This document shows, piece by piece, positions 9,216 through 17,644 of a stretch of DNA of 24,195 bases. Numbering within the stretch: the stretch's first letter is position 1; every line of letters begins with the position of its first letter. The DNA is taken from positions 1 through 24,195 of IMG/VR virus record IMGVR_UViG_3300030372_003457. One strand, 5' to 3'. The notes under the pieces are model-generated. The model ran no database searches, was not told the origin of the DNA, and saw only the letters and a program-made list of their open reading frames with translations. The position numbers and the translations under genes were made by a program. This DNA comes from a virus (lineage: Duplodnaviria; Caudoviricetes).

Positions 9216-9379
9216 TAATTTAAAAAGAAGTTTTCAGCTTCTACCTCATCTTTTAATTCTTGTTGGTACGTTGTATTTAATTTTTGTATAATTGCATCTA
9301 GGTCTCTAACCTGTGCATCAGCCACGTCTTGTCTATATTCTTTACTAGGTCTTGTTAATACTTGTACTATCTTTGCCAT
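9215..9379 (-). CDS. Small coiled-coil tail protein (54 aa; tail needle/plug-like position), not in the supplied ORF track
   Basis: MAKIVQVLTRPSKEYRQDVADAQVRDLDAIIQKLNTTYQQELKDEVEAENFFLN*. It has TAATG overlaps with both neighbours and occupies the position of P22 gp26, right after gp10. Confidence 0.8.
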   Translation of the reverse strand: MAKIVQVLTRPSKEYRQDVADAQVRDLDAIIQKLNTTYQQELKDEVEAENFFLN

Positions 9380-11514
9380 TATCTTCTTCCGTCTGGTTGT
9401 ATGTCTAACCTAAATCCACCAAGTTTCCAACTCTGTGCTGCAGCTGTATTTGCAACCTTTAAAGACACTGCTCTTGCTCTAGCCCTTGTATCAACCTTTT
9501 CCGTTGACGATGTAATTGTAAAAGGACCAAGAGGTGAGCTTGCCTCAGTGTTATTTGGAAAGTTTCTTAGGTTTAATGTAATTTGTGTATTACCTGTTTG
9601 TGATAAAAAGTCAGGTATGAATCTTCTAATTTTTGCAAAGAACTCACCTTCACCACCTTGTGAAACATCAAAGTCCCCTGATTGTATGTTAGAAGTTATA
9701 GCTGTTGTTGCCGTAGATGTAACTTGATCTGTGCCAGTTTCATGTTCGTAATAAATAGTGCAACCATCTGTATTGCCAACTACATCATAAGAATTGTCTG
9801 AGCTAGCATCATAGTCTGTAGCGTGTGGTTTTCCAAAAACAGCAGAGTCTTGCCATGTTGTTCTATCTAAAGTTCCTGTTGTCCATATTGGTCTCTGTGG
9901 TGTTGATTCAAAATAATTATAAGTTACAACTCTATCTATAACGGTTGACCCTGAAGAAGAGTAAAACCAATTAATTTCACCGAATAGATTATTTAATCCA
10001 GCGTTTATAAGTTGGTTAGCTGTAGTATTTAAATCATCAAAAACAAAATCTTCTACTAAACATGGTAGTGATTGAAGTGCACCAGCATATTTGAAAAAAC
10101 CATTTTCTGAGAACCAGTAAGCAGCACCATCTACTTCAATCGCTGCATTCTGTCCTATTAATCCACAGTTTGTTCCTACTTGTGCAAAACCAAATGTAAA
10201 TGGTGGTCCAATAAATCTTTGTGTAAATAAGGCAGTGTCAGTCCAAACATAGATTGCATCTCTACCTCTAACAGCTCCCATAATTCTAGACCCGTCTGCA
10301 AGTCTCTGTGTACCAGCTGTATTAGTTGCTGTAGGCGTATATGAATTAATATTCTCTTGATCAGAGAATCTAATAAACATTTGATCTTGTGTAGTCTTTG
10401 TGCCAATCGTAGTTTCTGTGCCGAAGAACACTAAGTGTCTATCAGGTGTAGATACAAGCATATCTCTAGACGCAGTTGGTGCACCCGATATAATTGTAGC
10501 TCTAGTTGCGGTAGCATTTGATGCATCTGAATTCCATTCAAAAACTTCTGCGTTATGTATTAAAGCAATAATTTTATTACCAAAGTTATCAATAGACCAA
10601 AGGCCTGGATCAATTGTTAAATCTCCAGATGCAGCCTCGCCCCACGCTACATAGTCAGAAGTATTAGTTATTGTTGCTCCGTCCGAGTGACTAGCTGCTG
10701 TAGTATTTCTAACCCCTCTGGTTACTCCTGTTAAAGTGTTTCCAGATATACCCGTATAAGATATTTCTTCTGTCCCTATTAAAACATGGTTTGTTCCTGT
10801 CGATGGGAAGTTTGTTGAACTGGTTAAAACAATAGTCGTTGTAGAATCATTGATGGCTCCGTTTAAAGTTGTTGTTTGTGGATTGGCCACAGTACCACTC
10901 CATTGTCCTAATCCCCAACCAAAGCCAGGTAATTGTTCTGCTGGCCCTACTGGGTAATAAATTTGAACTCTAATACCTCCAGATGTTGTGGCTCCAGATC
11001 CAGACTCATTTGATGGCATTGTTATAGTTATTGTAAGATTGGTCGGTGTGCTAGTTACCATAAATTTTTTATCATCAAAATCAGATGCTGAATAATTAGA
11101 GTTTGTGATTGTGGTAAAATTATCTAATAAAATTATATCACCAGGACTTAAGCCATGACCTGAAGAAAAAGTTATAGTAACAGTTGGTGATCCGTTGGTT
11201 GTGCTAAACGCACTAGTAAGTGTTGTTGTAGATTTAATTGGGTGTATGTCATAAAACACACCACCTGAATAAGCGTATAAAATTCTGTTTGTTCCTATGA
11301 TAGAGTACTTAACTCCACCGCTACTTACAATGTGATGCATAGCTCTAGCCGCACCGGTAAGCTTGTTTTCGCCTAATTGAGACCAACCACCTATTTTCTC
11401 TGGTGAGCCATATCTAAATCTAACATTATCACCATCTACCCATTGTCCCTCAGCTTGAGTTTCTGTCAATTGTTTATTAAATCCAGGTAAAAAGTTTACT
11501 TTTTGTAATGCCAT
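9379..11514 (-). CDS. Tail nozzle / packaged-DNA stabilisation protein (P22 gp10 / tail tubular protein B-like beta-propeller)
   Basis: 711 aa. The N-terminus PGFNKQ...WVDGDNVRFRYGSPEKIGGW, internal IRFSDQEN, IYVWTD, NCGLIG and EINWFY, and C-terminal RARARAVSLKV...WKLG are characteristic of podovirus nozzles. It carries a T/S-rich inserted domain. Confidence 0.8.
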   Translation of the reverse strand: MALQKVNFLPGFNKQLTETQAEGQWVDGDNVRFRYGSPEKIGGWSQLGENKLTGAARAMHHIVSSGGVKYSIIGTNRILYAYSGGVFYDIHPIKSTTTLTSAFSTTNGSPTVTITFSSGHGLSPGDIILLDNFTTITNSNYSASDFDDKKFMVTSTPTNLTITITMPSNESGSGATTSGGIRVQIYYPVGPAEQLPGFGWGLGQWSGTVANPQTTTLNGAINDSTTTIVLTSSTNFPSTGTNHVLIGTEEISYTGISGNTLTGVTRGVRNTTAASHSDGATITNTSDYVAWGEAASGDLTIDPGLWSIDNFGNKIIALIHNAEVFEWNSDASNATATRATIISGAPTASRDMLVSTPDRHLVFFGTETTIGTKTTQDQMFIRFSDQENINSYTPTATNTAGTQRLADGSRIMGAVRGRDAIYVWTDTALFTQRFIGPPFTFGFAQVGTNCGLIGQNAAIEVDGAAYWFSENGFFKYAGALQSLPCLVEDFVFDDLNTTANQLINAGLNNLFGEINWFYSSSGSTVIDRVVTYNYFESTPQRPIWTTGTLDRTTWQDSAVFGKPHATDYDASSDNSYDVVGNTDGCTIYYEHETGTDQVTSTATTAITSNIQSGDFDVSQGGEGEFFAKIRRFIPDFLSQTGNTQITLNLRNFPNNTEASSPLGPFTITSSTEKVDTRARARAVSLKVANTAAAQSWKLGGFRLDIQPDGRR

Positions 11515-11550
11515 AGAATTTAAAATATATTAGAAATGTACGTGTTTCAA
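11515..11550 (-). promoter_or_regulatory. Putative sigma70-type promoter, likely leaderless (TTGAAA-N17-TATTTT-N7-ATG)
   Basis: -35 at 11550-11545, an exact 17 nt spacer, -10 TAnnnT at 11527-11522, then 7 nt to the nozzle ATG. No SD is present. Confidence 0.55.
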
Positions 11551-12149
11551 CCTTTTTTAAAATGGGCTGGTAAACCAGGATGAGGCCTGCCATCCCAAAG
11601 ATTGGGATTTTTAGAGCTTTCTTGGTTGTAATGCAAAAACACTTGCACACAGAAATCACCTAAAAAAGGCTCTCTCCAATGTTCTAATTCACAACCATGA
11701 TACAACAAAATATCTCCTGGTTCCAAATTAATTTTAATTTCTTTTTTATCTTTTTTAATAAATATAGGCCAAGGATCTCCACCTAAATTTAAAGTGCCTG
11801 ATATTTCACAAGAAACTCTATCTTTATGTCTTTTTAAAATATCTCCTTTTTTATAAATTCTTTGATAAGAATATGTTGGCACTAATTTTATCTTAATTTT
11901 TCTCTCTATCTCGGATCTTAAAACTTGCAACAAAGTATCCATCGCAATGTCTCCATAATGACAATAGGTGCCATCAACCTGACTATCACCGAAAGAACCT
12001 AAGATAGTTTCGTTAGGAGATATGTACCTTGTTTCTTGCATGGTTGATACAACCTTTCTTTTTAATAAAGAGTATCCCATTAGAAATGTAGCAGATTGTT
12101 TTGTTATAATATTTTTAAATAGTAGATACTTGTTTTTTTTAAAAGACAT
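11547..12149 (-). CDS. 2OG-Fe(II) oxygenase superfamily protein
   Basis: RIYKKGDILKRHKDR contains HxD, LEPGDILLYHGCELEHWR contains the distal His, and the spacing fits a double-stranded beta-helix (DSBH) fold. Confidence 0.85.
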   Translation of the reverse strand: MSFKKNKYLLFKNIITKQSATFLMGYSLLKRKVVSTMQETRYISPNETILGSFGDSQVDGTYCHYGDIAMDTLLQVLRSEIERKIKIKLVPTYSYQRIYKKGDILKRHKDRVSCEISGTLNLGGDPWPIFIKKDKKEIKINLEPGDILLYHGCELEHWREPFLGDFCVQVFLHYNQESSKNPNLWDGRPHPGLPAHFKKG

Positions 12150-12605
12150 TTAATAAACTCCGTATGAAAGAATTATTCTTGGTGTTAGTCCTATTCCTGT
12201 GTGAATAGTATTAGCAGGTATTTTTAATAAATCTCCTTTTTCAACCATATATTCTTTATTGTTAACTTTATACCACGTTTTTCCTTTTACTCCAACTATA
12301 TACACGTCTTCTTTGTCTTTGTGAGTTATACTAGACCCGCCACTTTTCAAAGAAAAAAACATAATTAAATTTGATTTCTTTTTATTCTTGTTAAAGTTTT
12401 CCTCACAATAATCGTAGAAAGGTTTGAAGTCATTGTTGTTTTGTATGTTGTTTATTTTAAAAACAGACTTTAAAACAAACGAGCTATGCCAATCACTAGA
12501 GAACTGTGATTCATAGTTATTGTTATCCAACAACTCAGATATATAATTAAAATCAATATCTCGTTTAAAATCAATTATATTTTTTTCAAAATCTATATTA
12601 GACAT
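12150..12605 (-). CDS. JmjC/cupin_4 (ribosomal oxygenase YcfD-like) hydroxylase
   Basis: HKDKEDVYIVGVKGKTWY and VEKGDLLKIPANTIH mirror the HxDxxDVF..Q..GxxxW and LxPGDxLYIPxxxxH motifs of cupin_4/JmjC protein hydroxylases. Confidence 0.75.
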   Translation of the reverse strand: MSNIDFEKNIIDFKRDIDFNYISELLDNNNYESQFSSDWHSSFVLKSVFKINNIQNNNDFKPFYDYCEENFNKNKKKSNLIMFFSLKSGGSSITHKDKEDVYIVGVKGKTWYKVNNKEYMVEKGDLLKIPANTIHTGIGLTPRIILSYGVY

Positions 12606-13134
12606 AATTAAAATTAATTACCATTCTGTATTTAGTGTCAGTGCTAGACATACCACAATGTTGAAGTTTACTATCAAACACAACTATTTTATTTTCTTCC
12701 GATTTAATTATTTTTTTATTCTTAAATAACGTATAGCCATTGTTAGTGTTAACATAAAAAATAGCGGTTTTAGCACTAGGTACTTCATTATCTATATGCC
12801 ATCCTGTTTGATGAGGTTTTTCTGTGTAGGGCCTGAGATTAGCTTTAATTCTTATTAAAGCGTGAGGATTTAATTTTTTAAGAATTGGATTAAGTATATT
12901 AAAATAAGTGCTGCTACTAATATTATAGTTAATGTAAAAAGTATGGGTAAATTGAAAGTTTCTTAAGTATGATTTTTTATTCTCTTCCTTTCCAAATTTG
13001 AATCTGTATGAAGGCAGTTTGTAAGTATTGGGAGTAATATCATGATTACAATACCAAGGAAAAGCAGGGCTCTCTAAGGTTTGTTTGATTGTGTTTAATT
13101 CTTCTTTTGTTATATAATTTTTAATTACTTTCAT
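12598..13134 (-). CDS. 2OG-Fe(II) oxygenase superfamily protein (marine phage type)
   Basis: RIKANL...GWHID (HxD)...TAIFYVNTNNGYT...VVFDSKLQH (His)...RMVINFNY (2OG-binding Arg). Confidence 0.85.
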   Translation of the reverse strand: MKVIKNYITKEELNTIKQTLESPAFPWYCNHDITPNTYKLPSYRFKFGKEENKKSYLRNFQFTHTFYINYNISSSTYFNILNPILKKLNPHALIRIKANLRPYTEKPHQTGWHIDNEVPSAKTAIFYVNTNNGYTLFKNKKIIKSEENKIVVFDSKLQHCGMSSTDTKYRMVINFNYV

Positions 13135-14557
13135 TTGTTAAGCTCTCTAAAAAACTCTTGTGACTTATCCACATACCTCTATCGTTAAGTCTTTGCTTTT
13201 GAAATTTCATCTTAGACTCACACCATTTTTTAAGTTCTTTTGGCAACATTTCGTATTCTTCTTTTATTTTTTGTTTATCAAAAAACCCTATTTCTTTTAA
13301 TATTAAAGAATAGTTATTAGGATAAAATAAACAGTATTTACTTTTAAAATCTATTTGCATAGGAAGTCGGTTCTTCCAAATAGCTAAATTTTTCTTTAAA
13401 GAATCTGGTAGGTTTAATTTTAATTCTTTCCAAAAAGGTGAATCTTTTTTATCTACCATGTAATGAATAATTACGTAGTCTCTAACGTTCTCTATCAAAT
13501 ATTGAAAGTCTTCGTTGTAATCATCTATGATATGTTGATCGTAGTTTAGCAACATATGTATAAATAAAAAACATTGATTAATACCAAAGCCAATTGATGT
13601 TGCCTCTAATGGTTCTACGAAACTAGAGCTTAAACCTAAAGCAATACAATTACCTTGCCAAGGTTTATCTAAACTGCCAGCATCAAATTTTATGTTAGAA
13701 GCAATTTTAATTTTATGTCCTAAATATTCTTCGCATTCTTTTTGTGCTTCTTCAGCATTAATATATCTATTGTCAAATACATAACCGTTTCCCCATCTAC
13801 CTCTAACAGGAGTTCTCCACATCCAACCAGCTTTCATGGCTCTTGCTGTGACGTAAGGAGGATACTCATCTGTGTCTTTGGTCGGAAAAGCAATGGCCTC
13901 ATTCATAGGCAGATACTCTTTATAAGATTGCCACTTAGCACCTAATTTAGAAATCAATAGTCTTTTAAAACCTGTGCAATCAACAAAAAAATCAGCAACA
14001 TGTTCTTGCTTACCTTTTAACTTTATAATTTTATTGTCTTTAACAACTATATCTTCAATATCATCGTCAACAATTTCTATACCTCTTTCAACACATTTTT
14101 TTAATAACCATTCGTTTAGTTTAAAAGTATTAAAATTAAATTGGTTTGTGGGCACACTTTGAAAATAAACTTTGTTTTGTAGAGCTAGACTGTCGGTATA
14201 TTCTTCTGGTTTTAAATCATAAGCTATTGTGTAAGCCATGGCTATGGAATACTGACCTGCTTGTGTATCTGTTATAAGACTGTTTAAATTATTAAAGTAA
14301 TCATGTTTCATCCAATCTTTAAACAACACACCATACTTAAAGGTTGCTCCCGTTTCTCTTAAACACTCAAGGTAGTCTAAGCTACAGAACTGCAAAAAAT
14401 AACTCCAATGTTCTGTGGATGCTTCGCCAACTCCTATGATACCTATCTTATCAGATTTAATTATTTTAACTTTCATGGTTGGAAATCTTGATTTAAGTAT
14501 CATAGCTGAAGTTAATCCAGCACTACCCCCTCCAACTACACAAATAGATTTCATCAT
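13121..14557 (-). CDS. Flavin-dependent halogenase, tryptophan halogenase (PrnA/RebH) family
   Basis: GxGxxG FAD loop (VVGGGSAG), GVGEAST, ATFKYGVLFKDW (Lys equivalent to PrnA K79), FVDCTGF, GWMWRTP (WxWxIP-like) and FVEPLEATSI (Glu equivalent to PrnA E346). Confidence 0.9.
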   Translation of the reverse strand: MMKSICVVGGGSAGLTSAMILKSRFPTMKVKIIKSDKIGIIGVGEASTEHWSYFLQFCSLDYLECLRETGATFKYGVLFKDWMKHDYFNNLNSLITDTQAGQYSIAMAYTIAYDLKPEEYTDSLALQNKVYFQSVPTNQFNFNTFKLNEWLLKKCVERGIEIVDDDIEDIVVKDNKIIKLKGKQEHVADFFVDCTGFKRLLISKLGAKWQSYKEYLPMNEAIAFPTKDTDEYPPYVTARAMKAGWMWRTPVRGRWGNGYVFDNRYINAEEAQKECEEYLGHKIKIASNIKFDAGSLDKPWQGNCIALGLSSSFVEPLEATSIGFGINQCFLFIHMLLNYDQHIIDDYNEDFQYLIENVRDYVIIHYMVDKKDSPFWKELKLNLPDSLKKNLAIWKNRLPMQIDFKSKYCLFYPNNYSLILKEIGFFDKQKIKEEYEMLPKELKKWCESKMKFQKQRLNDRGMWISHKSFLESLTNESN

Positions 14558-15180
14558 TTAAATGGCACTCCTAAATTCCAAACTACTAGACTATATCTGG
14601 TGCCTTTAGTTATTGGTGTAATCCTATGGTAAACAAACGAGGGAAAAACAGTTATCGAGCCCTTTTGTTTTTCGGCCTTGTAAATTTTTAAAGTCATGTC
14701 TTCGCTTAACTCACCTAATTCTAAGTTACCACCTTCATAGTCGTTAGGGTCGGACAACTGACATGTAACTGATAACTTTCTAACTTTACCTTTTCTATAC
14801 TTTCCCTCAGGATATGGGTCTGTAAAGCTATCTCTATGCCAACCATAATACTGGCCCTTTCTATATTTTGTAAACTGTATTTCTTCTGAATGATCCCAAC
14901 TAAAATTCCACTCAGCTTGTTCGTTTGCAGTGTTTATAAACGGAAGTATCTCTCTATGAATCCATGGTTCGTTTAACCAAACAATATCTGACTTTCTTTT
15001 CTTTTTAACTTTTTTAAACTCCTCTTTTGATAAAGGGTTTTTCATTTGATCTCTATGATTACCAACTATCCCTGTTATGCCCTTTACAGGCTTTTTCTTG
15101 GTAGAAAAGTCTATAACATCTTTACAAAACCTATCGCTTAAAGCTTTAGGAAAATGCCAAAAGGTATGTTTTAAATTCAT
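14554..15180 (-). CDS. 2OG-Fe(II) oxygenase, prolyl 4-hydroxylase/PKHD-type
   Basis: QFTKYRKGQYYGWHRD (HxD), RKLSVTCQLSDPNDYEGGNL and GSITVFPSFVYHRITPITKGTRYSLVVW (His...RxS). Confidence 0.9.
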   Translation of the reverse strand: MNLKHTFWHFPKALSDRFCKDVIDFSTKKKPVKGITGIVGNHRDQMKNPLSKEEFKKVKKKRKSDIVWLNEPWIHREILPFINTANEQAEWNFSWDHSEEIQFTKYRKGQYYGWHRDSFTDPYPEGKYRKGKVRKLSVTCQLSDPNDYEGGNLELGELSEDMTLKIYKAEKQKGSITVFPSFVYHRITPITKGTRYSLVVWNLGVPFK

Positions 15181-15734
15181 TATCTTGCTCTATAATTAAT
15201 GTTAATAAAAATGTTTGGATCTTCTGATAAATTTTCAGATATAAAATATCTTAATGTTGAGGGCATTATTAAGAACATATTATTTTTTACAGGGACTTGA
15301 TGTAATTTATTAATTCTTAAATGATCATCATATTCTATAACTATAGAAGAAGACTTTTCTGTAACATCTACACAATAGATCATAGTGTAGCTTGGTGAAT
15401 CTAATAAGTGATTAAGATTTAAATTATTACGAGAATAAGATTGTTCTAAATGTTCTAAGATATTAACGTAATAATTTTTTGACTCTAAAACAACTCCTGC
15501 TTTAATTTTAAAAAAATCTTTTATATAATCCTCTACAAATCTTAACTCAGATATATGTCTCATTAATTTGTAGTCTTTGTGCTCCCAAGTATTTTCAATA
15601 AAGTGTTTTCTATTATTTAAAACATATCCTTGGACAGCCTCTTTTTTAATTTTTTCTCTGTCTATTTCGTATCCTTTAGGACTGTCTATGGTCCCTGTAT
15701 AAATAGCTGTTTCAGATAATATTGTCTTTTTCAT
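15180..15734 (-). CDS. Oxygenase-fold (TIGR02466-like) protein lacking metal ligands
   Basis: The DSBH-like pattern YTMIYCV...IVIEY...PVKNNMFLIMPSTLRYFISEN...IFININY is present, but the expected HxD/H and distal His positions read SRNN and PSTLRY. Confidence 0.6.
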   Translation of the reverse strand: MKKTILSETAIYTGTIDSPKGYEIDREKIKKEAVQGYVLNNRKHFIENTWEHKDYKLMRHISELRFVEDYIKDFFKIKAGVVLESKNYYVNILEHLEQSYSRNNLNLNHLLDSPSYTMIYCVDVTEKSSSIVIEYDDHLRINKLHQVPVKNNMFLIMPSTLRYFISENLSEDPNIFININYRAR

Positions 15735-15776
15735 TTCTATAGTATATATACACGATATAAAGTTATAAGCAAATAC
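15735..15776. promoter_or_regulatory. 42 bp divergent promoter region
   Basis: This AT-rich gap separates divergent ATGs at 15734 (-) and 15777 (+). On the - strand TATACT (15746-15741) ends 6 nt before the ATG, and neither side has an SD. The -35 elements are weak. Confidence 0.45.
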
Positions 15777-16220
15777 ATGAAATATAAAGTTTATTACGAC
15801 ATATTATCTACCTCTGAAAAAAGCACTTTGCTTAATGTAGTTAAAACTAAAGTATATGATAGAGGTAAAGATTTCCCTGGTTTACAAAGTAACGCAGACC
15901 TGCATTTTAACGTGGCAACACATCCACTATTAATAAAGCTAGAAAAATATATGCCTAAAAATTCAACTATATTAAAATGTTGGGCAAACTATACAACAGG
16001 AGATTTTAAGTCTTGGCACACTCATCCAGGCACGTTTTCAATTGTTTATATGTTACAAAACAAATCAAAATTAGGGACTGTTTTAAAAGATGAAAAAGAA
16101 GAAATACAGACTATCTGCCCAGAAAACTCTTGTGTTATATTTGACAATTCTATTACTCATAGCTCTCCTTCGGCAGATTACAATTTAGACAGATATACAT
16201 TAGCAATGGACTTTGAATGA
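15777..16220 (+). CDS. 2OG-Fe(II) oxygenase (HxH variant, TIGR02466-like)
   Basis: KCWANY...SWHTHP (HxH)...FSIVYML...CVIFDNSITHSSP (His)...DRYTLAMDF (Arg). Confidence 0.8.
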   Translation: MKYKVYYDILSTSEKSTLLNVVKTKVYDRGKDFPGLQSNADLHFNVATHPLLIKLEKYMPKNSTILKCWANYTTGDFKSWHTHPGTFSIVYMLQNKSKLGTVLKDEKEEIQTICPENSCVIFDNSITHSSPSADYNLDRYTLAMDFE

Positions 16221-16567
16221 TTTTATTAGCCTCTTTTATTTTATGGTTAGTTTTAGTTTTAATTATCTACAATCATGTTGGTTGGAGAGAAATAAAAGAC
16301 TCTTACTCCATGTGGTGGCACAAAGATTATTGGAGAAAAAGATATAACGTTGTAGAGGCAATGGCTTGGTCAGGTAAACTGTTTGTTATTTTACCTGCTA
16401 TATTTTTTCAAATAGAAGTTTGGTGGGCACATATTATAACATTAATGACTTCTTCTCTATTAATATGGGTTAGCGAACAAAAACTTTTACCCACATTAGT
16501 TGCTTTTAACACCATATGGATATTTATAAGTTCGTTCATACTGATAAGGTATTTTTTTAATTTATGA
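16217..16567 (+). CDS. Small integral membrane protein (about 4 TM segments), function unknown
   Basis: 116 aa, hydrophobic and Trp-rich, with ATGA overlaps to both neighbours. Confidence 0.75.
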   Translation: MILLASFILWLVLVLIIYNHVGWREIKDSYSMWWHKDYWRKRYNVVEAMAWSGKLFVILPAIFFQIEVWWAHIITLMTSSLLIWVSEQKLLPTLVAFNTIWIFISSFILIRYFFNL

Positions 16568-17289
16568 TAGAATATAAACAAATTATAGCTGACTACACAC
16601 ATCACAATAAACTGCTTAATAAAATAAAGTTTTATGATTTTATGAATCATGGTTATGACCCTGTCTCCAATTTATTGGACAAAGATTTTATTATGAAAAG
16701 AGAAGCTTCTTTGTATTTAAAACTTTTAGAAAACATAGATACCAACAATAAAAATATTTTAGATGTTGGATGTGGTAGAGGAGGCGGTGTTGCTCTTTAT
16801 AAAAAATATTTTAATTTCAAAAATGTATATGGCTGTGATATTACAGATGTTAATATTGATTATGCAAAATCAAAACATAAAGACATAAATTTTAAAGTCG
16901 CTAACGCAGAAAACTTAACATATGATAAAAACACTTTTGATATTATTACTAACGTAGAGTCTATGTCATTATATATAGATCAAAGTAAATTTTTAAAAAA
17001 TGTAATTAAATTATTAAAACCAGATGGTCTATTTATATGCACTGATTGTAGCTATAGAACATTAGAAACTTTTTATAAAAACAAACATTTATTTAAATCT
17101 ATAGAGGTAAAAGATATAACCGATAATGTAGCCACGGCTTGTTTAAAAAATATACAAGAATATTCTAAATGGAAAGATTCAGAAGCAAAAACTTTTACTT
17201 TAGGTATGTTGGAAGAAAAGTATGAAAACTATTTTAATAGAAAAGATGTTTTTAATATTTTTTATTGTGCACCTGGTGCAACTGCTTGA
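16564..17289 (+). CDS. Class I SAM-dependent methyltransferase (Methyltransf_11/25; O-methyltransferase-like)
   Basis: Motif I ILDVGCGRGGG, YGCDIT, ANAENLTYDKNTFDIITNVES and LLKPDGLF, with an N-terminal FMNHGY. Confidence 0.9.
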   Translation: MIEYKQIIADYTHHNKLLNKIKFYDFMNHGYDPVSNLLDKDFIMKREASLYLKLLENIDTNNKNILDVGCGRGGGVALYKKYFNFKNVYGCDITDVNIDYAKSKHKDINFKVANAENLTYDKNTFDIITNVESMSLYIDQSKFLKNVIKLLKPDGLFICTDCSYRTLETFYKNKHLFKSIEVKDITDNVATACLKNIQEYSKWKDSEAKTFTLGMLEEKYENYFNRKDVFNIFYCAPGATA

Positions 17290-17642
17290 ACCCAAGCTTG
17301 AGTATCTTCATCCCAATCATAAGGACCACCTGTAGTAGGTTTAGCAACTGGGGGATCCCAGTTTAAACTTGAAGTATTAAAATTCCATGAAGGGTATGGT
17401 TTAGGTGGAATAAAAGCATCGTGTTCTGTATTGTAAGTGCCACCTATATCAGCAGCTCTTGTTCTTAATGATCCATCTATTTTGTATTCTTTCCAGTAAG
17501 GCCACTTGTGAACTTTAGTTAAAAATGAAACACCCGTTTCTTCTGATCTAACATTTGTTGCATCATTTGTACAATTAGCTTCACTAACAGTGTGAATTCC
17601 TAAAACATTGTTTTCAGAATCTAATTTTGCGAAGTATGCCAT
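17262..17642 (-). CDS. Partner of the Gly-rich tail-tip protein (tail fibre assembly/chaperone-like)
   Basis: MAYFAKLDSENNV...IGGTY...DAFIPPKPYPSW...WDPPVAKP...YDWDEDTQAW belongs to a family I recall sitting directly downstream of Gly-rich proteins in marine phages. Confidence 0.6.
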   Translation of the reverse strand: MAYFAKLDSENNVLGIHTVSEANCTNDATNVRSEETGVSFLTKVHKWPYWKEYKIDGSLRTRAADIGGTYNTEHDAFIPPKPYPSWNFNTSSLNWDPPVAKPTTGGPYDWDEDTQAWVQAVAPGAQ

Positions 17643-17644
17643 AA

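Noticed and set aside
5195-10654. ORFs of 61-121 aa within the ejection and nozzle genes (+ strand 5195, 6473, 7081, 7287, 7849, 8708, 9007, 9362, 10400; - strand 10176)
   Set aside because: They are antisense or alternate-frame shadows of well-supported, tightly coupled - strand genes, with no SD and no recognisable motifs.
12598-13134. 'DNA endonuclease V' label that I recall being attached to this family
   Set aside because: The HxD...H...R motifs indicate a 2OG-Fe(II) oxygenase, and no glycosylase motif is visible.
11477-16650. Short overlapping ORFs 11477-11659, 13742-13945, 13974-14162 and 16408-16650
   Set aside because: They overlap genes with clear catalytic or structural motifs or coupled starts, and have no independent support.
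17268-17280. TGCACC-T-GGTGCA palindrome that encodes APGA on both strands at the cassette boundary, considered as an inversion or recombination site
   Set aside because: The arms are only 6 bp, there is no matching site at the other end of the + strand cassette, and no recombinase is present in the window.
16564-17289. DNA methyltransferase or restriction-evasion role
   Set aside because: It lacks the DPPY/NPPY and PCQ catalytic motifs, and its pattern is that of small-molecule, lipid or protein class I methyltransferases.
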